DNA from: a virus
IMG/VR virus record: IMGVR_UViG_3300030099_007267
Coordinates: 4,624-68,623 of that record
Reading direction: 5' to 3' (one strand)
DNA length: 64,000 nt
Shown here: positions 1 to 7,082 of the stretch, one piece after another
How the letters are laid out: every line of letters begins with the position of its first letter
Position numbering within the stretch: position 1 is the first letter of the stretch
Program-made: the position numbers and the translations under genes
The notes under the pieces: generated by a model
What the model was told of the DNA's origin: nothing
The model's database searches: none
What the model saw: the letters and a program-made list of their open reading frames with translations, nothing else

Positions 1-1
1 G

Positions 2-184
2 CGGTTGATCTGGTCGTGGTTCTTTGCAATCATTGTTCTGGAATACTTCGCTGGTACGTACAATTTCTATACTCTTTATCATGTGTGGATTGAACTTGTT
101 ATCTCGACATATAATATATGGAGAATCAATCGAGAAATAGCTCACAGAGCTTGTAGAGCAGGGAGAAATGATGGACAATACTAG
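2..184 (+). CDS. 3' part of a membrane protein (truncated by window edge)
   Basis: Hand translation RLIWSWFFAIIVLEYFAGTYNFYTLYHVWIELVISTYNIWR...GQY*; hydrophobic; stop overlaps the next gene. Confidence 0.5.
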   Translation, partial: RLIWSWFFAIIVLEYFAGTYNFYTLYHVWIELVISTYNIWRINREIAHRACRAGRNDGQY

Positions 185-500
185 CACAGTTGTAACAGTG
201 GTTTTGGCTATGATTACCGCCTTGTCAAGCACAAAGGCGTGGGACTATTATGCTAAAAAAGATGCCGCCAAAAAAGAATTATTGATTGACGAAAAGAACG
301 AAAAGAATTTATATCGAGATGATTTGCGAAAAGAAGTCGAGAGACTTCGGATTGAATTGAAGGATCTGTACGAGAAGAGAGATCGGGAAATGAGCAAGCT
401 GCACGAAGAAATGTCAGCACTTCGCGAAGAACTTGGTAAAATGAGAGCAAGAGTAGAAATGCTTGAAGCCGAGAACAAAAGACTACGTGAGGAATCATAA
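168..500 (+). CDS. N-terminal TM + coiled-coil protein (possible lysis accessory/holin-like)
   Basis: Hydrophobic TVVTVVLAMITAL then heptad-rich helix; GGAG RBS; TAATG coupling to next gene; function is a guess. Confidence 0.6.
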   Translation: MMDNTSTVVTVVLAMITALSSTKAWDYYAKKDAAKKELLIDEKNEKNLYRDDLRKEVERLRIELKDLYEKRDREMSKLHEEMSALREELGKMRARVEMLEAENKRLREES

Positions 501-859
501 TGGCGATTACAACCGAAATAAACGAAACGAATTTTGACAAGGTGGTGCAGCAAACAACAGCTTCAGCCACGCCCGATGACAATATCTTTAATGGTGCCGG
601 AAACATATTTTATATTCAGGCTAAAAATAGTAATGCGACCGCTGCATTTTTGAAGCTTTATGACAGCACTGGGCCAACTGTTGGCACAACTGCTCCAGAC
701 ATTCAAATCTTCTGCATTGGCAACGTTACACAAAACATCATTTGCCGTACCGGAATTTCATTCGCGACAGGTATCAGTATGTGTGGCGTTCAAGAGGATG
801 GTACCGAGGGCACATCAAATGCTGCCGATACTCTCCAAGTCACGATTATAGGAGCTTAA
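500..859 (+). CDS. putative virion structural protein (paralog of 861..1250)
   Basis: T/G/A-rich beta protein; FLKLYD..PTVGTTAPD motif shared with next ORF. Confidence 0.65.
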   Translation: MAITTEINETNFDKVVQQTTASATPDDNIFNGAGNIFYIQAKNSNATAAFLKLYDSTGPTVGTTAPDIQIFCIGNVTQNIICRTGISFATGISMCGVQEDGTEGTSNAADTLQVTIIGA

Positions 860-860
860 A

Positions 861-1250
861 ATGGCGACCTCAAAAACAACAATCAACTCTCCACTATATA
901 CAACCAAGTTTACTGATACGGACGCTTCTCCTGGATCTTCTGCTTCCAAAGTTGAAGTTAGTACCTCTAGTCCGACCAACGTCGGTGAAATCTTCATTGA
1001 TAACAGTGTCAAAGCTTCAAAAATGTATTTGAAATTGTACAATGCAGCTACAGGATCCGTAACGGTTGGGACCACCGATCCTCATCTGATATTGACTGTT
1101 GAGGCCTCGTCAACAGTCAAATATACGTTTGTTCCAAATATGGTTTTTAGCTCTGGTTGCACGTACTCTTTGGTCACGACAGCAGGGACAGCAGGTACAA
1201 CTGGAGCCAATGTTGCAGGAATTAAAGTTGAAATACTTATGGGATCGTAA
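861..1250 (+). CDS. putative virion structural protein (paralog of 500..859)
   Basis: YLKLYN..VTVGTTDPH motif; same length class and composition. Confidence 0.65.
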   Translation: MATSKTTINSPLYTTKFTDTDASPGSSASKVEVSTSSPTNVGEIFIDNSVKASKMYLKLYNAATGSVTVGTTDPHLILTVEASSTVKYTFVPNMVFSSGCTYSLVTTAGTAGTTGANVAGIKVEILMGS

Positions 1251-1771
1251 TGGCTGGACGAGGACTAGGCTGGGAAAAGGTTTGCAAGAACTCCCGAGAT
1301 AAGATGCAGCAAGACGGATGTATCCACTGGATGCGTATGTCTCCTCCTGTTCTGAAGGTTGGGCCAGGAATGAAGACTCGGAAAGGTTCTTTTTTGGCTG
1401 TGTACGTGGGAAAAGGTCCACCAGACTGGATTGTATTACACGCTGGATTGAGCATTTTGGGTGACGATAAAGACTCGAAGAAGGTTCGTTGGTCAACTGG
1501 CAACGTCAAAAAACATCAAGCACAAGCTTTCGAAAAACACGAACAGAATGGTGGTCAGGCCTGTGTCCTTCTTCGGATGCACGATCGATCTAGATGGGTC
1601 GTACCGTGGGAAATGTTGCGTCCACACTGGGAGAATCGTGCTACACTATCCGTGGAAGACTTGGTTGAAATGGACGCTATACAGTGGCGTAAGAAAGAAC
1701 CTGAAAATCCGAACTATGACTGGCTCACTCCTTTAATGGAGTGGCGTGCAAAGGAGAAATGCAATGCCTAA
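1250..1771 (+). CDS. RecU-like Holliday junction resolvase (PD-(D/E)XK)
   Basis: N-terminal GRGxxWE, PPDW..GDDK nuclease motif and VKKHQ signature typical of RecU. Confidence 0.75.
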   Translation: MAGRGLGWEKVCKNSRDKMQQDGCIHWMRMSPPVLKVGPGMKTRKGSFLAVYVGKGPPDWIVLHAGLSILGDDKDSKKVRWSTGNVKKHQAQAFEKHEQNGGQACVLLRMHDRSRWVVPWEMLRPHWENRATLSVEDLVEMDAIQWRKKEPENPNYDWLTPLMEWRAKEKCNA

Positions 1772-2015
1772 AAAATCAAGAACAGGTTCCATCAAGAAAC
1801 ACGAAAAGATAGCGGTGCGGTCATATACGCCAAAGCCTATGAAAGCAACGAAACCGATAAAGCGTGCTCCTAATCCTGTTGGACGTAGCTACAGTAGCAC
1901 AACTACTTTTGGTGGTGTTACAATGACACATCCGCAAGGTAAGTCACAACCGAAGAGTGCTGCTCGACGTAAAATGCAAACCAAAAAAGCAATCAGGAAG
2001 GCTAAGAGAAGATGA
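1764..2015 (+). CDS. small basic protein
   Basis: AAGGAG at 1751 precedes ATG 1764; MPKKSR..., K/R-rich. Confidence 0.7.
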   Translation: MPKKSRTGSIKKHEKIAVRSYTPKPMKATKPIKRAPNPVGRSYSSTTTFGGVTMTHPQGKSQPKSAARRKMQTKKAIRKAKRR

Positions 2016-2365
2016 CTTGGTTGTATGGTGGACTGATTGGATTGGCATTGGGTGTAGGAGGCACTGTAGGGGTCGTAAAGGCTCTTCAGAAGCCACAGGA
2101 GCCTATTGCTATACCTGAGCCAGTGATCGCTGAAAAACTGACCGATTTGGACTTGGTAAAGCCTCTTTGTTCTGAGAGCTTCATTGACAAGCACGGTGCC
2201 AATCTTTGCCGAGAAATTTGGTGTATGATGATGACCAGGGGAATAGATAGCCAAACTTCCGGCTCGTCTTGCGAATCTATATCGAACATTACAAACACGC
2301 TTGAAATTCTAAAAGCCTGTCAAGACTCTGAGGATTGCGAGCGACTTTTCAGGGAGAGAAAATGA
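2012..2365 (+). CDS. membrane-anchored Cys-rich protein
   Basis: N-terminal glycine-rich TM helix, six Cys downstream; ATGA overlaps at both ends. Confidence 0.7.
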   Translation: MTWLYGGLIGLALGVGGTVGVVKALQKPQEPIAIPEPVIAEKLTDLDLVKPLCSESFIDKHGANLCREIWCMMMTRGIDSQTSGSSCESISNITNTLEILKACQDSEDCERLFRERK

Positions 2366-2508
2366 GATACAATATGAAACCCAAGAGCACCAAAAAGAAA
2401 CCATCCAAAAAGAAAGTTTCGGGAATGATGAAGAAAGCTAAGGCTACTCGTGCCGGACAAAAACCAAAACGAGGCAACCGAGCTTCAAAAAATAAAGGGA
2501 AGAAATAA
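2362..2508 (+). CDS. 48-aa Lys-rich protein (not in ORF track)
   Basis: MRYNMKPKSTKKKPSKKKVSGMMKKAKATRAGQKPKRGNRASKNKGKK*; overlaps both neighbours. Confidence 0.7.
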   Translation: MRYNMKPKSTKKKPSKKKVSGMMKKAKATRAGQKPKRGNRASKNKGKK

Positions 2509-2813
2509 TGCCAAAGATATCAGAATCAGATGAATATTTAATTTATCGAGCGATAGCCGACGAAACCATAAGTCACTCTGGCTCAGAAGTTTGTGCCGTC
2601 GAAGAAATCCATTACAGCCTGATCGCAGGACACAAGGTAGAAATAAAATTTGACACCACCGCAGTGCTTGAACTGTATGGATCTGGAAGAATAGGAGGAT
2701 TGGGGCGCAAAATTACTGGCGATAGTTCAGCCGGAGAGGATGTTACGATTGACTTTTCAGCTTCTGCCGCTGGTACTGTCTACATTGTAATTCGGAAGGT
2801 GAAAGGATTCTGA
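2508..2813 (+). CDS. hypothetical, probable small structural protein
   Basis: Beta-rich 101 aa; TAATG coupling. Confidence 0.6.
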   Translation: MPKISESDEYLIYRAIADETISHSGSEVCAVEEIHYSLIAGHKVEIKFDTTAVLELYGSGRIGGLGRKITGDSSAGEDVTIDFSASAAGTVYIVIRKVKGF

Positions 2814-2814
2814 G

Positions 2815-2955
2815 ATGCCAAAGAAAAAATTAAGTAAGAAACAAAAAAAGCTCGACGTAAATAAAAATAACAGAATTGACGCTGGAGATTTTAAAAAATT
2901 ACGCGCCAAAAAGAAAAAATCTGTTGCAAAAAAGTCTGTACGGAAGAAGAAGTAA
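2815..2955 (+). CDS. 46-aa basic protein with EF-hand-like loop (not in ORF track)
   Basis: MPKKKLSKKQKKLDVNKNNRIDAGDFKKLRAKKKKSVAKKSVRKKK*; DxNxNxxIDxxD loop. Confidence 0.7.
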   Translation: MPKKKLSKKQKKLDVNKNNRIDAGDFKKLRAKKKKSVAKKSVRKKK

Positions 2956-3140
2956 TGCCTAGAAAGAAACGAAAATCTACTGTGAACAAAGCTGGTAACT
3001 ATACAAAACCAACGATGCGAAAACGTTTGTTTGAAAAAATTAAACGTGGTGGAAAAGGGGGCAAGCCCGGTCAGTGGTCTGCCAGAAAAGCACAAATGCT
3101 TGCCAAAGAATACAAATCGAAGGGCGGAGGATATAGATAA
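2955..3140 (+). CDS. small basic protein, DUF5872-like N-half
   Basis: YTKP..R..KGGKPGQWSARKAQMLAKEYK..GGGY motif. Confidence 0.75.
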   Translation: MPRKKRKSTVNKAGNYTKPTMRKRLFEKIKRGGKGGKPGQWSARKAQMLAKEYKSKGGGYR

Positions 3141-3322
3141 TGCCAATGAAGAAAAAGAAACCAACTATGAAAAAGAAATTGACCAAGCGTCAAGAAGAAA
3201 CGATGAAGAGACACAAACAGCATCATACAAAAAAGCATATGGACTTCATGCGGAAAGAGATGCTGAAGGGATCGACATTTACTGCTGCTCATAAGAAAGC
3301 TCAGAAAAAAGTAGGAAGATAG
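3140..3322 (+). CDS. small basic His-containing protein
   Basis: HKQHHTKKHM..G.TF.AAHKKA; coupled on both sides. Confidence 0.7.
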   Translation: MPMKKKKPTMKKKLTKRQEETMKRHKQHHTKKHMDFMRKEMLKGSTFTAAHKKAQKKVGR

Positions 3323-3564
3323 TGCCTCTGAAGAAAAGCCAGAAGTCCCTCAAAAAATGGACTAAGCAAAAGTGGACTACGCCCAGCGGAAAGCCCTCTG
3401 GCAAAACCGGAGAGGTGTACGCTCCGAAACGTGCCATTGATCGACTCAAGTCAACCAAAGCTGGACGAAAGAAGCTCGCTGCTGCAAACCGTAAAAAACG
3501 CGCTGCCACCAAAAAAGGAAAACAGCACGCAAAACACGGACTGCATAAAGGAAAAAAGAGGTGA
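3322..3564 (+). CDS. small basic protein, DUF5872-like C-half
   Basis: QKSLKKWTKQKWTT.SGK...GEVYAPKRAI motif; GTG start overlaps TAG. Confidence 0.7.
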   Translation: MPLKKSQKSLKKWTKQKWTTPSGKPSGKTGEVYAPKRAIDRLKSTKAGRKKLAAANRKKRAATKKGKQHAKHGLHKGKKR

Positions 3565-3567
3565 ATT

Positions 3568-3840
3568 ATGCCAAAGAAAAAAAAGAGTGTTAGCCTTACG
3601 GTGGGTCGTGGTGAAAAGTCCAAGAAAGGAGGACTGACCGCCAAAGGTCGCAAGAAGTACAATCGAGCCACGGGTAGTAAATTAAAGGCTCCAGTAACAG
3701 GAAAAGTTAAACGAGGCTCAAAAGCAGCGAAAAGACGTGCCAGCTTCTGCGCCAGAATGAAGGGCAACAAAGGCCCTATGAAGGACAAGAAGGGCAGACC
3801 AACGAGAAAGGCATTGGCTCTTCGTCGCTGGAAATGCTAA
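3568..3840 (+). CDS. small basic phage protein (DUF6321-like)
   Basis: GGLTAKGRKKYNRATGSKLKAPV...RRASFCARM...ALRRWKC; family name from recall. Confidence 0.7.
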   Translation: MPKKKKSVSLTVGRGEKSKKGGLTAKGRKKYNRATGSKLKAPVTGKVKRGSKAAKRRASFCARMKGNKGPMKDKKGRPTRKALALRRWKC

Positions 3841-3870
3841 AAGCCCTCACCTAATTAAAGATGAGGGCTT
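3839..3870. terminator. hairpin terminator between convergent operons
   Basis: AAGCCCTCA-12 nt-TGAGGGCTT, A-run on the left. Confidence 0.7.
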
Positions 3871-3893
3871 CGAGGGACATCCGAGGGTGGATG

Positions 3894-4223
3894 TTAATAG
3901 TGTTTGTCCATGTGGTCTTCAAGAACATCCTTGTGTACTCTGTGGTATTCTCGACCATCAATTCCATACATCGAAGCGTTTTTGTCCGCGAACGATAGGT
4001 TTGCGATATCACTGTATACTTCATCGATCTTACCCCACACGTAAATGTCTTGGACCTTAAATCCGTCTACAATAATTTGTGTGATCTCATGATATTCTCT
4101 TCGATCCCATATTACATATTCAGGCTGTACTATGGCAACCACCTGATGTGGATTTACATAGATCCACTGACCATTTAATTGGACGAGCTTGCTGAATAAT
4201 CGCTCATTCATTCTTTTGTTCAT
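3894..4223 (-). CDS. hypothetical protein
   Basis: AGGAG RBS; IYVNPHQVVAI resembles FlbD-like small domains. Confidence 0.65.
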   Translation of the reverse strand: MNKRMNERLFSKLVQLNGQWIYVNPHQVVAIVQPEYVIWDRREYHEITQIIVDGFKVQDIYVWGKIDEVYSDIANLSFADKNASMYGIDGREYHRVHKDVLEDHMDKHY

Positions 4224-4231
4224 TTCTGCTC

Positions 4232-4852
4232 CTAAAATAAAGTGTACTGTTTTCGCTTGCGTTTTACCGGTATTTCCTGACCACCGACTTGATTACCTAC
4301 ACTGATCCATCCAGGTCTTGTGTTTCGAGCATACATCTCTAGGTATGGACCGTTTGAACGCTCCTCGATGTAGTCATAAAATATCTCGGGCTTTTTGGAA
4401 TGTCTACCTCGATCTGCAATAATGTAATCTTTGGTTGTGGTCAATCCCTTCTTGCATACACTCGTCTCCGTCTCCCTAGCATAGGCCACATCATAGATAT
4501 GTCCCTTGCGAAAACGAGTAGCAAAAAGACAAAGCTCTGTGCAGCGCAAAGCATAGAGTGTGGGATTGCCGCTGTTCTTTATCCACGGAATAAATTGAAT
4601 AGGCTCAAAGCCCATCTCCCTGCACAACTCCAGAGCATCCATAACACCCTTCGAATTGACTTTTGGAAATGCGTTCATCGTCCACAGGTACAGATGAGCC
4701 TCCGGAGCAACCGGGTGTTGCTCCATCCAAGCTAAGCAAGTGTCAATAATCTGGTGTTGCTTCTGCGTTGGATAGTGAGCCTGAGCCGATAAGCCCTTCG
4801 ATCCTCCAGAGCACATCTCCCAAGGGGGGTCAACTAGAACTGTTTTGATCAT
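4232..4852 (-). CDS. MT-A70 family adenine methyltransferase
   Basis: DPPW, HYPT, LYLWT, HSKKP, LEMYAR motifs; start reassigned to ATG 4852 (TAATG overlap with helicase stop). Confidence 0.9.
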   Translation of the reverse strand: MIKTVLVDPPWEMCSGGSKGLSAQAHYPTQKQHQIIDTCLAWMEQHPVAPEAHLYLWTMNAFPKVNSKGVMDALELCREMGFEPIQFIPWIKNSGNPTLYALRCTELCLFATRFRKGHIYDVAYARETETSVCKKGLTTTKDYIIADRGRHSKKPEIFYDYIEERSNGPYLEMYARNTRPGWISVGNQVGGQEIPVKRKRKQYTLF

Positions 4853-6336
4853 TAATTTTTCTCCATTACAAACAATAATTGTTGTATTGCAAACTTTGGC
4901 TTTGGATACCGTATCTTGGGCAGGAAATAGTGTTGCTTCCTCTTCCGAGCAGTCTTGCTGGATTTGGCAAGGCCAAACAATATCGTCAGTAGATCGTTGA
5001 CGGTGCCCTTGTTGTACGTGTGGCATTGATCAAGTATCAGTTTGAACGATACCCTCACGTCTTCCGGAAGATACCTAGAACTCCACCGGACTTTTTCAAT
5101 TGTCATTAATTGTTTTCTGGATGGTGTCCCGCCTCTCCAATGATCGTCAACCCATTTCTTTGGTGGAGCACAAATACCTGACGATCGAAGAACAGATAGC
5201 AAACTCATTACATAGGAGTCCATCGCCTGAAAAGCAACCGCAGGAGGCATCTTGCGTATATAGTCCCTTTCCAACTCTTCTGGACAGAGCTTCACCAATT
5301 CATCCTCATATTCTTTCTCCTCCCTCGTCAGTACTTCCCCAAGCTTCTCAGGGTTGTTGAGACAATGGATGTTAAATAGAGAGTGCGGATCAATGATGTA
5401 CGCAACCTCTTTACCTGGATGACAACGCAGAACTCTTCCTACTTCCTGAACAAACCTTACACGCGCCCCAACAGGCCTTCTGAGGCACAACCAGCGCAAC
5501 CAAGGCATGTCGACACCTTCTGCCAGCAAGGAGACGTGTACGAGGCATTTTAGGCCTCCTGTGCGCAACTCTTCAATCAGGTCGTCTCTTTGCTGTCGTC
5601 TCATTTTCGAATGGATGGCAGCAGACTTGATACCATATCTATTAAGGTAACCAGCGTAGCTTTCAGCATCATCAATATTCAAAGCCGACACAACGCCCGG
5701 TCCCTCCATCTGAGAGATTAAACGATGACAAACATCGTCAGCATCCGAAGACCCAGTACCATCCCAATGAACTAGCTCCCACGGTACAATTACTCCATCA
5801 TTCAAAGCATCTGCCGCGCTGTATCTGTAAATCACTTCGTCCCACAAAGTCAGTGACTCGCGGTCGTCTGACCTGTATGGAGTGGCCGTAAAGCCAATAG
5901 CACACGCTGGATTTAGGTCTTCCCAAGAGTACTTAAAATGTTCCCCCTCCGTCCCGTGAACTTCATCACCAATCAGCATAGCACACTTAATACTCTTCGC
6001 GATTGTCGGGGTTGAAACGAAAGTCGTGACTACGACTTTTTTGGTCGTGTCCTTTTGATCCGAATAATACACCCCAACATTCTCCGCACCACAACGCACA
6101 GCGATAGTCTTTGATAGTTGACGAATTAAGTTCTGCCTAGGAGCTACGACAACGATCTTGTGGTCGGGTCGTAACTTCTTCAGGCCCTGAAACACTAACT
6201 CAGCCAAAAGCACAGATTTTCCGGCTCCCATAATCGCTGAGATGATTGGTTTTTTACCAGCCTTTAAAGCGTCAATGGCAACAGGGAGTGCTTCCTGCTG
6301 CCATCTTCGCGGTTTCCAAGGGGCATTATCCCACAT
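4852..6336 (-). CDS. superfamily 2 (DExH/ResIII-like) helicase
   Basis: MGAGKS, DEVH, TATP, LAEGVD, QEVGRVLR. Confidence 0.92.
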   Translation of the reverse strand: MWDNAPWKPRRWQQEALPVAIDALKAGKKPIISAIMGAGKSVLLAELVFQGLKKLRPDHKIVVVAPRQNLIRQLSKTIAVRCGAENVGVYYSDQKDTTKKVVVTTFVSTPTIAKSIKCAMLIGDEVHGTEGEHFKYSWEDLNPACAIGFTATPYRSDDRESLTLWDEVIYRYSAADALNDGVIVPWELVHWDGTGSSDADDVCHRLISQMEGPGVVSALNIDDAESYAGYLNRYGIKSAAIHSKMRRQQRDDLIEELRTGGLKCLVHVSLLAEGVDMPWLRWLCLRRPVGARVRFVQEVGRVLRCHPGKEVAYIIDPHSLFNIHCLNNPEKLGEVLTREEKEYEDELVKLCPEELERDYIRKMPPAVAFQAMDSYVMSLLSVLRSSGICAPPKKWVDDHWRGGTPSRKQLMTIEKVRWSSRYLPEDVRVSFKLILDQCHTYNKGTVNDLLTILFGLAKSSKTARKRKQHYFLPKIRYPKPKFAIQQLLFVMEKN

Positions 6337-6607
6337 TGCAAGCCTCCGATATTATGTTGTCTATTATCCGTTCAACGTGGTGCAACAAAACTTGATGCAA
6401 TACTTTTTTTTGATGATCAACCAACTGATCGATCTTGATCTGAAAATGATACCCTTGATGCAAAATGATGATGTGGCCATTGTCGTAGATTAAAAAATCT
6501 CCTTCGCTGTTCATCACCTCGACAAACAATTCATCTTCATCGTCGCACTCTCTAATTCCTTCGATCAAATGATCGAATATATTGCTATCAATCTTTATTT
6601 TGGACAC
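6326..6607 (-). CDS. hypothetical protein
   Basis: GGAG RBS with GTG start; in operon with helicase. Confidence 0.6.
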   Translation of the reverse strand: MSKIKIDSNIFDHLIEGIRECDDEDELFVEVMNSEGDFLIYDNGHIIILHQGYHFQIKIDQLVDHQKKVLHQVLLHHVERIIDNIISEACNVG

Positions 6608-6612
6608 GTCGT

Positions 6613-6999
6613 TTACTCCGGTACAATTATCTCAAATCGAGAAGCGCTCATTAGCAGATGTTCGATGACAGCGGTCTTCGAAACACCTCCTCTCGCGGCT
6701 AAGTCTTCTAACTTAAATCTAGCATCTTCAGACAGTTTAAACGACTGCAATTTTTTTCCGCTCCCCCTTTTGGGGCTGAGCGTTTTGTTCTTCATCTTCA
6801 GTAAAATAGTATATAATTGTTTGGCCTCTTCTGGACTAAGATCATAATATCTATTGCCCTTGACAAATGCAGTCTGTACCAAAGACAGTTCAAAGGCGAT
6901 CTCCGCTTTAGCAATTTCAAGATCGTGACACGCCAAAGATCGTCTCCATTTTTCCGCAATTTTTTTAGCTTTAATTATTATTTTATTTTCATCGTTCAT
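6613..6999 (-). CDS. putative regulator with C-terminal ribbon-helix-helix
   Basis: QSFKLSEDARFKLEDLAARGGVSKTAVIEHLL; AGGAG RBS. Confidence 0.7.
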   Translation of the reverse strand: MNDENKIIIKAKKIAEKWRRSLACHDLEIAKAEIAFELSLVQTAFVKGNRYYDLSPEEAKQLYTILLKMKNKTLSPKRGSGKKLQSFKLSEDARFKLEDLAARGGVSKTAVIEHLLMSASRFEIIVPE

Positions 7000-7017
7000 C
7001 TTTTTACTCCTTTTTTC

Positions 7018-7071
7018 TTGTACAAATAGTACATACCATATACAATAATCCCATCAACTAACAACTGTCAA
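7018..7071. promoter_or_regulatory. overlapping divergent sigma70-type promoters
   Basis: + TTGTAC(7018)-17-TACAAT(7041); - TTGACA(7071)-18-TATTGT. Confidence 0.6.
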
Positions 7072-7082
7072 GAGGAAAAATT

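Noticed and set aside
4853-5026. Long N-terminus of MT-A70 overlapping the helicase
   Set aside because: The domain starts at MIKTVLVDPPW with a TAATG overlap at 4852.
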